A DNA stretch of 64,000 nucleotides from Candidatus Anderseniibacteriota bacterium (GCA_021414205.1 JAIOOW010000003.1:300365-364364); one strand, 5' to 3'; counted from the first letter of the stretch, positions 1 to 8,888 are shown. Notes: generated by a model not told the origin, from the letters alone. Program-made: numbers and translations.

Positions 1-12
1 GCAAGGGAATAT

Positions 13-40
13 AAAAAAGCACCGGTGATGAGTCGGTGCT
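13..40 (-). terminator. Intrinsic terminator of the nucleotidyltransferase-like gene
   Basis: GCACCG...CGGTGC inverted repeat with an A-tract at 13-18 (U-tract on minus strand). Confidence 0.65.
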
Positions 41-55
41 GCCAGGAGGGCGGAT

Positions 56-943
56 CTACAAAAGGGACTGCGATACGAATAAGCTTTTAACTGCTTGATT
101 GAAGGCGAGAGTGCGATGGGCTAGAGTGAAAATATCGCGAAGCGCCGCTCCGTAGGCTGATTGGCTGGGGTGCCGGAGCTGCTCCTGAACGACAGATAGA
201 AAATTAGTCTTTCCTTTGAGAAGTTCTTCGAGGAGGGCGCACACAGGTACCTGCTCCTCTATGAGATGGCATCCATCCTGCAAAATCTTGAGCATTTCTT
301 GCGTAGAATATTCGCGGTGATGTTCGTGACGATCAAACAGTCTTCGCGTGATATGGCCTGGGGCATCTAGGATTTTTCCCAGAAAGCGAAGCCGTTGTTC
401 ATCGCTGTAGGAGTCGAATAGGAATATTCCATGGGTGAGGCGGCGTTCTTGGAAATCCAGATACCGGAGTCGTTCCACTAGTTCCTGATGCTTTTTGTCG
501 ACGTAGTAATGGACAGGAACAGTAGGCCCCCATTGCAATGAACTCAGAGGATTTTTGCCAATAATGTTATCTGGGTGTTCGGCGCACCAGCGCAAATGCT
601 TCATGAGGGATAGGCCGATGGAATGGCAGCCCATTTCAGCGTCTGTTGCAAGGACCGTTTCGAATGAAACCTGAATTCCGTAGGTGTTTCGAATGATCCC
701 CGCGAGGGTTCCCAGGTTACATTGCCCAGGCTCGGGGAGCTTGCTGGTAACGACGAGCATATCGAGATCGCTCAAGATATTACATCGATTTGTAGCGGCG
801 GAGCCGAACCGTACAGCTCCACAAAAGCCCGCAAGTTCTGGGAGCGCTCCCTGTAGACATCTAAATGCATCAGAAAATGCCTCTTCTGCGCTCCATGGAG
901 GGGCAAGTTGGCTCAACTCTTCAAACGACAATACGCGAGTCAT
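56..943 (-). CDS. Pol-beta-superfamily nucleotidyltransferase-domain protein with helical C-terminal region
   Basis: FGSAATNRCNILSDLDMLVV fits the hG[GS]x9-13DhD motif; start moved to ATG 943, preceded by GAGGA. Confidence 0.65.
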   Translation of the reverse strand: MTRVLSFEELSQLAPPWSAEEAFSDAFRCLQGALPELAGFCGAVRFGSAATNRCNILSDLDMLVVTSKLPEPGQCNLGTLAGIIRNTYGIQVSFETVLATDAEMGCHSIGLSLMKHLRWCAEHPDNIIGKNPLSSLQWGPTVPVHYYVDKKHQELVERLRYLDFQERRLTHGIFLFDSYSDEQRLRFLGKILDAPGHITRRLFDRHEHHREYSTQEMLKILQDGCHLIEEQVPVCALLEELLKGKTNFLSVVQEQLRHPSQSAYGAALRDIFTLAHRTLAFNQAVKSLFVSQSLL

Positions 944-1063
944 GGCGCGGTTCCTCGTCTTGTGAAATATTGGTTGGAAAGGTGCGTGTGGCAACTGCTG
1001 CCAACATCAAAAAATAGCACAGTTGCGAGAAAAATAGCAACCGCTGAAAAATGTCAGAAAGTA

Positions 1064-1091
1064 TTGACAAAATGGGATATAGGAGTATACT
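1064..1091 (+). promoter_or_regulatory. sigma70 promoter TTGACA-N16-TATACT
   Basis: Near-consensus boxes, then hairpin TGTCTTT-CGG-AAAGACA and boxA-like GTTCATTTC at 1117. Confidence 0.7.
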
Positions 1092-1194
1092 AATTGTGTC
1101 TTTCGGAAAGACAAATGTTCATTTCTTGTGGGATTTCGCCAGGCATGGCAGAGAACGTGCTGGCTTTATGTGTTTGTTTTGAAGAGGGGTTAGT

Positions 1195-1539
1195 ATGTCG
1201 GCAGTGATTGAGAAGAAGGATTCGGCAAGGATGAAACGGGCTCAAGCGATGCAGCAGGTTAGCGTGTTTACGCTCACGGAGATGCAGGGGCTCGTTTCGC
1301 CAGGAGATGAGTTGAAAGTGGATTACGCTCGGGTGTGCTGTGCATGTACGAATTGTGCGCATTACCGGACTAACAACACGATCAACCCTTCTCAACGATT
1401 GAGTCTTGCTCAGGCAGGCAGTCGGACCGTGCTGGTTCATGCCGATTGCCCTAAGCAGCCAACGATGCAGATTCTGATGCCGCTGCGGAGGGATCTGCTC
1501 GAGATTCTTGCCAAGGTGAAAGGCGTCGAAGTCGTTTGA
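1195..1539 (+). CDS. Hypothetical Cys-rich protein (possible Zn-binding)
   Basis: 114 aa ORF with GAGGGG SD, own promoter and terminator; CCACTNC...HADC. Confidence 0.65.
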   Translation: MSAVIEKKDSARMKRAQAMQQVSVFTLTEMQGLVSPGDELKVDYARVCCACTNCAHYRTNNTINPSQRLSLAQAGSRTVLVHADCPKQPTMQILMPLRRDLLEILAKVKGVEVV

Positions 1540-1556
1540 GTTAAAAGCTGATTTCT

Positions 1557-1624
1557 GCGGGCAGGGAAGGATAAGGGAGCAACGAGTGCACTCCCAAATC
1601 CGACCCTGACCCGCCTATTTTTTT
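1557..1624 (+). terminator. Long bulged hairpin terminator
   Basis: GCGGG-CAGGG-GGAT-GGGAG / CTCCC-ATCC-CCCTG-CCCGC followed by TATTTTTTT. Confidence 0.7.
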
Positions 1625-1638
1625 ACCCGCAAATGGAC

Positions 1639-1666
1639 TTGACAAATTCAATATAACAGCTATAAT
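1639..1666 (+). promoter_or_regulatory. Consensus sigma70 promoter TTGACA-N16-TATAAT
   Basis: Perfect -35 and -10 hexamers, followed by boxA-like GTTCGTTGAAAA at 1672-1683. Confidence 0.8.
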
Positions 1667-1671
1667 GGTTA

Positions 1672-1822
1672 GTTCGTTGAAAAAGCAGTTTTATGGTTAG
1701 GAGGGGCCTTGCGCAATACAGGCGATGAGAGTTTCGGCTTTCGCGCTCTTGAGCAAAAAGGCGGTTGTGGATGCCACCTGGTTTCATAACTTCTAAACTC
1801 CTTGCCATTAAACTGCTTTTTC
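1672..1822 (+). ncRNA. Candidate structured ncRNA (family unknown)
   Basis: 13-bp perfect closing helix 1679-1691/1810-1822 extended by ATGG/CCAT and AGGAG/CTCCT; internal UUCG hairpin and a second arm; no convincing ORF. Confidence 0.5.
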
Positions 1823-1972
1823 GTTACAGTGACTAGTTGCTCATTTTTGTTCGTATTTGCGAGATTTTTACTGAAGTCTTGCAAATGCGAATCATCTTGT
1901 ATGATACGCAGTGATCTTTCTTTTCCAAACCCCGTTTGAAGGAGCGGGGTGCATCCCAGGCATACGACTTGT

Positions 1973-1999
1973 TCCGCCTAAGCTTCTAGTGAAGGCGGA
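1973..1999. repeat. REP-like palindrome TCCGCC-AAGCT...GAAGGCGGA
   Basis: Inverted repeat nested in a longer hairpin 1954-2010; resembles a dispersed palindrome I recall from CPR genomes; single copy in this window. Confidence 0.35.
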
Positions 2000-2069
2000 C
2001 AATCCTGGGAGAGTGCAAATAATGAGAAAATTGTTTGTAGTCTTCTAGGGGAACACGTATGATAAGAAC

Positions 2070-3857
2070 GTGAAATCCAACCTCAATACAACATATAGAA
2101 CGCACATGATTGGCGACTTGGCATCTTCATTAGATGGCAAGGATATTCGCATATCCGGATGGGTGGCAACGCGCCGTGATCATGGGGGGCTAATTTTTTT
2201 AGATATTCGAGACAAGACGGGAGTTGTGCAAATTACGTGCAACCCTAAGCAGAATAAGCAAGCGTGGGAAGTTGCTGAAACGCTCCGAGATGAATTTGTG
2301 GTTACTGTTTCCGGGATTGTACGGATGCGCCCCACTGAAATGGTAAACGATGCATTGGGCGAATTAGGAAAAATAGAAATTGAAGTAACGGATATTCGAC
2401 TTGAGAGCGCATCTCAAGCGTTGCCGTTCGTATTAGGGGATGAGACGGTGAATGAAGATATGCGGCTTACGTATCGCTTTTTAGATTTGCGCACGGCGAA
2501 GATGCAAAACATGCTTCGCGTTCGTGGAGAATTTATTCAGGAGGTTCGCACGTTCATGATTGGGCATGGGTTTACGGAAGTGCAAACGCCTATTCTTGCA
2601 AACTCGTCACCGGAAGGTGCGCGAGATTTTTTGGTGCCATCAAGACTACACCCGGGAACATTCTACGCACTGCCGCAAGCTCCGCAACAATATAAGCAGC
2701 TTTTGATGGTTGGAGGACTAGATAAATATTTCCAAATTGCACCATGCTTTCGGGATGAGGACCCGCGCGCGGATCGCCATGCGGGAGACTTTTACCAGAT
2801 CGACGTAGAGATGAGTTTTATTGAGCAAGAAGATGTTTTGCAATTAGGGGAAGAGTTGATGAAGCATTTGTCTGATTTTTCCGGGAAGAAATTAAAAGAC
2901 GAAACATTCCCGCGATTTACCTGGAAAGAGGCGATGAATAAGTTTGGCGTAGATAAGCCGGATATTCGCTACGACTTTTTTATTACTGACATTACGGATA
3001 CGGCAAAAAAATCCGGCTTCAATGTATTTGCAAAGTCAGAAGTTGTGCATGTTTTGCGCGCAGAAGGCGGAGCCGTATTTACGCGAAGCCAGATCGATGA
3101 GCTCACGGAACTTGCAAAAGCACATGGATTAGGCGGGCTTGCATATGCAAAAGTTACGGCAGATGGCGTAGATTCTCCAATTACAAAATTCGTAGGCGAA
3201 GATGCATTTGCTGAAATTGTAAAAGCATCCGGTGCGCAATCTGGTGATATGTTGTTTTTCGGAGCAGGGGAGTGGTTGCCGGTATGTAAAGCATTAGGCG
3301 ATGTTCGCAAAGCAAGTGCGCATATGCTCGGCGTTCTTGATAACGAAGCACTTAATAATCAGCTTGCATGGTGCTGGGTGATAGATTTCCCGATGTATGA
3401 AAAGAATACGGAAACAGGAGAAATAGATTTCTCGCATAATCCGTTCTCGATGCCGCAAGGGGGAATGGAAGCGCTGGAGAATACAAATCCGGAAGATATT
3501 GTTGCGTACCAATATGACTTAGTGGTGAACGGATACGAAATTAGTTCGGGTGCAATTCGAAATCATAAGATTGATACGTTATATAAAGCATTCGCAATTG
3601 CGGGATATTCGAAAGAAGAAACGGATGCGAAGTTTGGCGGAATGATTCGTGCGTTTTCGTATGGTGCTCCTCCGCACGGTGGATTTGCTCCCGGGATTGA
3701 TCGGCTCTTGATGGTCCTGATGGATGTCCCGAGCATTCGGGATATTTATGCGTTCCCAAAAAACGGTCGCGGACAAGACATGATGATGGCGTCGCCCGCT
3801 CCGGTAGATACAAAACTGCTTCGCGATTTGCATATCAAGCTAGATGTGGAAGAATAA
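2070..3857 (+). CDS. aspS: Aspartate--tRNA ligase (probably non-discriminating Asp/Asn)
   Basis: RRDHGGLIFLD, PQAPQQYKQLLM, FRDED, GAPPHGG motifs. Confidence 0.97.
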   Translation: MKSNLNTTYRTHMIGDLASSLDGKDIRISGWVATRRDHGGLIFLDIRDKTGVVQITCNPKQNKQAWEVAETLRDEFVVTVSGIVRMRPTEMVNDALGELGKIEIEVTDIRLESASQALPFVLGDETVNEDMRLTYRFLDLRTAKMQNMLRVRGEFIQEVRTFMIGHGFTEVQTPILANSSPEGARDFLVPSRLHPGTFYALPQAPQQYKQLLMVGGLDKYFQIAPCFRDEDPRADRHAGDFYQIDVEMSFIEQEDVLQLGEELMKHLSDFSGKKLKDETFPRFTWKEAMNKFGVDKPDIRYDFFITDITDTAKKSGFNVFAKSEVVHVLRAEGGAVFTRSQIDELTELAKAHGLGGLAYAKVTADGVDSPITKFVGEDAFAEIVKASGAQSGDMLFFGAGEWLPVCKALGDVRKASAHMLGVLDNEALNNQLAWCWVIDFPMYEKNTETGEIDFSHNPFSMPQGGMEALENTNPEDIVAYQYDLVVNGYEISSGAIRNHKIDTLYKAFAIAGYSKEETDAKFGGMIRAFSYGAPPHGGFAPGIDRLLMVLMDVPSIRDIYAFPKNGRGQDMMMASPAPVDTKLLRDLHIKLDVEE

Positions 3858-3858
3858 G

Positions 3859-5022
3859 ATGATGAATAGATCGCAGACCATAGCACTGATCGTAGTAGCT
3901 GTCCTTGTGGGGTACCTGATCGGTCAGCGCCACGGCTTCCCGCCGTCTCAATTGTCTACTTCGCCTGCCGCAATTTCGAGCGCATCTAATCACCAAACAA
4001 CGGCGCTCTTTTCGGATGTTTGGAAAAGTTTGCATGACAATTTTATCGGTAGTATCGATGATAAAAAGTTAGATTATGGCGCAGTGGCGGGAATGGTGCA
4101 TGCGGCAGGGGATCCGTACACCACGTTTTTTGATCCGGACCAGGCGAAGCAATTAAAAGAAACATTGAGCGGAAGTTTTTCCGGAATCGGCGCAGAAATG
4201 GGAATTAAGAACGGACTCGTTGTGGTAATCGCTCCATTGGAAGGATCTCCTGCGCAAAAAGCCGGCATAAAATCTGAAGATATTATCGTTGCCGTAGATA
4301 AGAAGAATATTACGCAAGATATGTCGCTTGATGATGTGGTGCAAGAAATTCGTGGTCCGAAGGGGCAGGCTGTTGTATTGTCTGTTGTTCATAAAGGGGA
4401 CACAGCTCCAAAAGATATTTCTGTAGTTCGCGACGATATTGCCGTGCCGAGCGTAAAGCTCGAAGTTGTGAATAATATCGCGCATATTTCACTGGCAAGT
4501 TTCGATAATAATACGGCGTCCCAATTTGCAGATATCGCAAAGCAAGTTCAGAAGCAAAAAGTTCGCGGAGTGGTATTGGATTTGCGGGATAATCCGGGAG
4601 GATACCTAGATTCTGCAGTGCAGATCGCATCGCAATTCTTGCAACCAGGCTCTTTGGTGGTAAGCGAACGGGGAAAAACGGAAACGACGCACAAGGCCAG
4701 CGGAGGCGGAATTCTTAAAGGGGTGCCGGTGGTAGTGCTTATTAATCACGGAAGCGCGTCTGCATCAGAAATTTTGGCAGGAGCATTGCGGGACGATATT
4801 GCAGCCCCTATCGTAGGTGATCAATCATTTGGAAAAGGATCTGTGCAAGAAGTGTTGGACATGTCTGATGGATCGAGTCTGAAAGTAACGATTGCGAAAT
4901 GGTACACGCCGAACGGATCATCTATTGATAAAGAGGGGATTAAGCCGACTATTGCAGTAACAGACGACGTGAATACAAAGACGGATGAGCAATTGGAAAA
5001 AGCATATTCTCAAATAAAGTAA
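3859..5022 (+). CDS. S41 family carboxy-terminal processing protease (PDZ)
   Basis: DPYT, GIG-PDZ, LDLRDNPGG, SASASE, FGKGSVQ; N-terminal TM; start uncertain (3844-3862). Confidence 0.92.
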   Translation: MMNRSQTIALIVVAVLVGYLIGQRHGFPPSQLSTSPAAISSASNHQTTALFSDVWKSLHDNFIGSIDDKKLDYGAVAGMVHAAGDPYTTFFDPDQAKQLKETLSGSFSGIGAEMGIKNGLVVVIAPLEGSPAQKAGIKSEDIIVAVDKKNITQDMSLDDVVQEIRGPKGQAVVLSVVHKGDTAPKDISVVRDDIAVPSVKLEVVNNIAHISLASFDNNTASQFADIAKQVQKQKVRGVVLDLRDNPGGYLDSAVQIASQFLQPGSLVVSERGKTETTHKASGGGILKGVPVVVLINHGSASASEILAGALRDDIAAPIVGDQSFGKGSVQEVLDMSDGSSLKVTIAKWYTPNGSSIDKEGIKPTIAVTDDVNTKTDEQLEKAYSQIK

Positions 5023-5027
5023 TTCTT

Positions 5028-5495
5028 ATGGCTAAACAACTCTCAGTGATCCTATTAGAAGATATCGCCCAACTCGGAAGAGCGGGCGATATTGTAGAGG
5101 TGGCAGAAGCGTATGCGCGCAATGCCTTATTCCCGCAAGGGAAGGCCGCGCTTGCAACTGCTCAAGTGAAGACAGAAAAGCAAACCAAAGATGCGGCAAA
5201 GCGAAAAAGGGCAGAAGAAGAACTATTGGCGACGCAGGCAATTGCAGAAAAAATGGAAAATACAGAACTTAGCATTTCTGTTTCTGTGAACGAAGAAAAT
5301 GAACCATATGGCAGTATTACATCAAAAACTATTGCTGATTTACTGAAAAAAGAATCTAACATAGATATTTCCGCGAAGAAAATTTCAGGAACCTTCCCAA
5401 TTAAATCGCTTGGTTCGTTCCCGATTTCAGTTTCGTTGCCGCAGGGTGTAGAATTTCACATGATTATTGTTGTAACAAAAAAAGATGAGCAATAA
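5028..5495 (+). CDS. rplI: 50S ribosomal protein L9
   Basis: VILLEDI..LGRAGDIVEV..AYARN.LFP; YGSIT; PIKSLG. Confidence 0.92.
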   Translation: MAKQLSVILLEDIAQLGRAGDIVEVAEAYARNALFPQGKAALATAQVKTEKQTKDAAKRKRAEEELLATQAIAEKMENTELSISVSVNEENEPYGSITSKTIADLLKKESNIDISAKKISGTFPIKSLGSFPISVSLPQGVEFHMIIVVTKKDEQ

Positions 5496-7095
5496 AAAAA
5501 CAAAATATATTTTCGTAACAGGCGGAGTGTTGTCTGGATTAGGAAAGGGGATTACCGCAGCATCTATCGGGAATATGCTTAAAGACCGCGGGCTCACGGT
5601 GAACATGCAGAAGTTCGATCAGTATATCAACGTGGATGCCGGCACATTAAACCCTGCAGAGCATGGGGAAGTGTTCGTGACGGACGATGGCGCAGAAGCG
5701 GATTTGGATTTAGGGCATTACGAACGGTTTTTGCATCAAAACATTACGGCGGATTCCTCGGTGATGACGGGAAAAATTTATCAGGAAGTCATTAATAGGG
5801 AGCGCCGAGGAGAATACTTAGGCAAGACCGTGCAAGTTATTCCGCATGTAACAGAAGAGGTAAAGCGTCGAGCGCGGCTATCTGCTGCATCAGGAGATTA
5901 TGATGTGCAAATCGTCGAAATTGGCGGAACGGTGGGGGATAACGAAGGGTTTCATTTCTTGGAAGCTGCCCGCCAAATGATGCTCGATGAAGGGCGAGAA
6001 AATGTGCTGTATGTGCACGTTGTATTTTTGCCGTATTTGAAAGCAAGTGATGAAGTGAAAACAAAGCCAGCACAAAATAGTGTACGGGAATTGCGCAGTA
6101 TCGGTATTCAGCCAGATGTATTAATCGCGCGTACTGATTATGAAATTGGCGAAGCTGACATTGCAAAAATGTCGTTATATACAAACGTAGAAAAAGAAGC
6201 CATTTTGCCACTCGTAACAGTTAAGACAGTGTACGAAGTTCCGCTGATCATGGAAAATCACAAGCTGGACGAAGTGATTATGAAAAAGTTGAAGCTTGAA
6301 GTAAAGCCTCGCGCGCATGATGGATGGGAAAAGCTGGTAGAAAATATTAAGAAAGACAAACCGAAACTTCCAATTGCAGTAGTGGGAAAATACATTACGA
6401 TGCTCGATACGTATGCAAGTATGGTGGAAGCATTAAAGGCGGCATGTTGGGTAAATGGGTTCGATATAGAGCTGATATGGATTGATGCGGAAAAATTGGA
6501 GCAGAACGATGAGGCAACATTTAGCGAACTCAAAAAAGCAAAAGGTATCGTTGTCCCGGGCGGCTTCGGTGTGCGCGGAACGGAAGGAAAAATTCTAGGA
6601 GTAAAATATGCTCGTGAAAACAACATTCCGTATCTTGGATTGTGTTTAGGGATGCAGCTTGCTGTTATCGAATTTGCCCGCAACGTTGCAAATATCCCCC
6701 AAGCAACTAGTCAAGAGTTTGATGAAAAATCTGACAGCTGCGTGATTCATATTATGGAATCGCAAAAAACAGTTACAGATAAAGGCGGAACGATGCGATT
6801 AGGCGGATGGGATTGTGTGTTGAAAGAAGGGACGAAAATCGCGGACGCATACGGATCAACGAATATTCGCGAGCGTCATCGTCATCGCTATGAATTTAAT
6901 AACGACTTTAAAGAACAGTTAGAAACGGCGGGCTTAGTGTTATCTGGCGCAACTCCAGACGGAAAATTAATAGAAACAATTGAGCTTAAAGACCATCCAT
7001 TCTTCGTTGCAGTTCAGTTCCATCCAGAATTTACATCGCGCCCTCAAGGCGGCCACCCGCTCTTTAACGCGTTCATCAAAGCGGCGGGGAAGTAA
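5485..7095 (+). CDS. pyrG: CTP synthase
   Basis: YIFVTGGVLSGLGKG, GLCLGMQ, RHRHRYE, QFHPEF. Confidence 0.98.
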   Translation: MSNKKTKYIFVTGGVLSGLGKGITAASIGNMLKDRGLTVNMQKFDQYINVDAGTLNPAEHGEVFVTDDGAEADLDLGHYERFLHQNITADSSVMTGKIYQEVINRERRGEYLGKTVQVIPHVTEEVKRRARLSAASGDYDVQIVEIGGTVGDNEGFHFLEAARQMMLDEGRENVLYVHVVFLPYLKASDEVKTKPAQNSVRELRSIGIQPDVLIARTDYEIGEADIAKMSLYTNVEKEAILPLVTVKTVYEVPLIMENHKLDEVIMKKLKLEVKPRAHDGWEKLVENIKKDKPKLPIAVVGKYITMLDTYASMVEALKAACWVNGFDIELIWIDAEKLEQNDEATFSELKKAKGIVVPGGFGVRGTEGKILGVKYARENNIPYLGLCLGMQLAVIEFARNVANIPQATSQEFDEKSDSCVIHIMESQKTVTDKGGTMRLGGWDCVLKEGTKIADAYGSTNIRERHRHRYEFNNDFKEQLETAGLVLSGATPDGKLIETIELKDHPFFVAVQFHPEFTSRPQGGHPLFNAFIKAAGK

Positions 7096-7099
7096 CGGG

Positions 7100-7164
7100 T
7101 TGACTTTTAATCGATTTTTGTTTACTATATCCGCGAGCCTCGTAGCTCAGTGGTACATTTTCAA
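7100..7164 (+). promoter_or_regulatory. sigma70 promoter TTGACT-N17-TACTAT plus boxA-like GTACATTTTCAA
   Basis: -35 lies 4 nt after the pyrG stop; boxA-like motif at 7153-7164; SD AAGGAG follows. Confidence 0.65.
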
Positions 7165-7185
7165 TGCTTGCGCAAGGAGCAAATT

Positions 7186-7497
7186 GTGGCTTCCTCTCAG
7201 CTATTCTTCCCGGAGTTTTTAAACCAAGGGTCGAGCGGCCCAGCAGTCCGCCTGTTGCAGTTGCTTTTGATTATGGGCGGATACAATTCCGTGGCGATCA
7301 TTCCTGACGGAGACTACGGCGAGGAAACGGCAAAAGGAGTTCGGCTGTTTCAAGACGCTGTGGGATTCAACGGCGCGGATGTTGACGGGAATTTCGGGCC
7401 GGCCACGCGGAAGGCATTTGTCGAATGGCATCGGATTAACGTGAATGCGATTCCAGCCGATGCGTTTGAAGGTGAAACGATGGCCGTTATCCCGTGA
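7186..7497 (+). CDS. Stand-alone peptidoglycan-binding domain protein
   Basis: LNQGSSGPAVRLLQ..DGDYGEETAKGVRLFQ..VDGNFGPAT (PG_binding_1-like); GTG start after AAGGAG. Confidence 0.85.
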   Translation: MASSQLFFPEFLNQGSSGPAVRLLQLLLIMGGYNSVAIIPDGDYGEETAKGVRLFQDAVGFNGADVDGNFGPATRKAFVEWHRINVNAIPADAFEGETMAVIP

Positions 7498-7529
7498 TGG
7501 ACTTCGCACCACTGTTTGCAAACAATCTC

Positions 7530-7570
7530 ATCTCTGCCTGATCATCATGATCTTGCAGAGATTTTTATTT
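7530..7570 (+). terminator. Intrinsic terminator
   Basis: ATCTCTGC...GCAGAGAT followed by T-tract. Confidence 0.65.
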
Positions 7571-8251
7571 ACTATTTTTCAGGGCTCTCGTTTCTTCCGG
7601 CGTAAGCTTGCGGGTTTCTTTCGGTCGCATTTCACCAATGTCGATGTTGCCGATGCGGACGCGTTTGAGAGCGATGACAGTTAAGTGAATCTTTCCGCAC
7701 ATGCGGCGGATTTGGCGGTTTTTGCCTTCCTGTAAAATAATCTTAAATGTATGCGAATCAATGAGTTCCACTTCTGCGGGCTTCGTGGTGCCAACTTTTA
7801 ATTTCATTGGTTTTGTAAGCTGGGAAATGCGTTGTTCGTTTATTTTTTCCTGCACTTCAACAATATATTCCTTGTCTACGGAATGCTCTTCGCCTGTTAC
7901 TGCTTTGGTAACTAATCCGTCATTGGAAAGCAGGAGAAGTCCTTCGCTATCTTTATCTAATCGCCCAACGATATTTAAGTGCTTATAGCGGGGGAACATC
8001 GATTGAATGGTTGGGCCAACATCGGAACCAATAGAGCACACTACTCCACGAGGCTTATAAATAGCGACAGTCTGCTTTGTTTTGAGTTGTTGTTCGATAG
8101 AAGGATCAAGCGTTACAACGTCTGTTTTATTGAGGGGGACGCCTGGGCGAGCCTTTTTGCCGTTTACGAAAATAAGCCCAGCCTTTAAAAAGGCCTCGGC
8201 TTCTTTGCGAGAACAGGTGCCTTGCTCTACTAAGTACTTTTGTACGAACAT
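7565..8251 (-). CDS. rRNA pseudouridine synthase, RsuA/RluB/RluF family
   Basis: S4 domain (CSRKEAE), YKPRG, VGRLDKDSEGLLLL, EGKNRQIRRM; start ATG 8251 after CATACT. Confidence 0.92.
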   Translation of the reverse strand: MFVQKYLVEQGTCSRKEAEAFLKAGLIFVNGKKARPGVPLNKTDVVTLDPSIEQQLKTKQTVAIYKPRGVVCSIGSDVGPTIQSMFPRYKHLNIVGRLDKDSEGLLLLSNDGLVTKAVTGEEHSVDKEYIVEVQEKINEQRISQLTKPMKLKVGTTKPAEVELIDSHTFKIILQEGKNRQIRRMCGKIHLTVIALKRVRIGNIDIGEMRPKETRKLTPEETRALKNSK

Positions 8252-8306
8252 ATGTGGCAGTATGCGGTGCATTGCGCAGGAAAGCAATTGGGGTACAATT
8301 CTGCCT

Positions 8307-8831
8307 ATGAACACCCAATACATATCGCACCTTGAGACAAACACTTTTCAAACAAAATATCGGGCGCAGTTTATTACAATTACTGAAGATGTTCAAAAAG
8401 CCATCGAAAAATCGGGGGTAACGACGGGGACTATTACGATCCAAACTCATCATACGACTGCCGGTTTATGGGTGAATGAAAACGAGAAAAACTTGATTGG
8501 CCCGTCGGAAGAATTGGGCTATGAATCTGACATTCGAAAAGTACTTGATGCCTTTGCTAGTCCGATGGACGAATATGGTCATAATGATATCGCCGACGTG
8601 CGAAATGAAGGCGGAAAGCGAAATACGCATTTATGCGAACCGGATGAAAACGGCGTGATCCAAGAATGCATTAATGGCCATGCGCATGCCCACGCGCTCA
8701 TGATTCATCCATCCATTACGCTTATCGTGAGTGAAGGGAAGTGGCTCAAAGGAAAGTGGCAAGAGCTTATGCTTGTTGAGCTTGATCACGATCGAGAGCG
8801 AACGGTATCGTTCTTGGTTCAAGGAGTGTAA
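8307..8831 (+). CDS. YjbQ/UPF0047 family protein
   Basis: HTTAGLWVNEN, NGHAH, GKWQ..LVELD..RER. Confidence 0.88.
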   Translation: MNTQYISHLETNTFQTKYRAQFITITEDVQKAIEKSGVTTGTITIQTHHTTAGLWVNENEKNLIGPSEELGYESDIRKVLDAFASPMDEYGHNDIADVRNEGGKRNTHLCEPDENGVIQECINGHAHAHALMIHPSITLIVSEGKWLKGKWQELMLVELDHDRERTVSFLVQGV

Positions 8832-8844
8832 AGTGCGAGAAAAC

Positions 8845-8869
8845 AAAAAGCCCCTCGAGAGGGGCTTTT
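8845..8869. terminator. Bidirectional terminator between convergent genes
   Basis: AAAAGCCCCTC-GA-GAGGGGCTTTT palindrome. Confidence 0.8.
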
Positions 8870-8888
8870 ATATTTCACGAAACAAATT

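Noticed and set aside
18..40. GCACCG...GAGTCGGTGC resembling the Cas9 tracrRNA 3' hairpin
   Set aside because: It is oriented as an ordinary terminator for the minus-strand gene; there is no anti-repeat, cas gene or array in the window
1540..1624. Integron attC-like site after an ORFan
   Set aside because: Lacks paired RYYYAAC/GTTRRRY ends; hairpins after different ORFans share no sequence; no intI seen
1672..2060. T-box riboswitch, SRP RNA, tmRNA or RNase P upstream of aspS
   Set aside because: No GGTGGnACC T-box, GGAA SRP loop, tmRNA ends or GAGGAAAGTCC motif; aspS has its own adjacent -10
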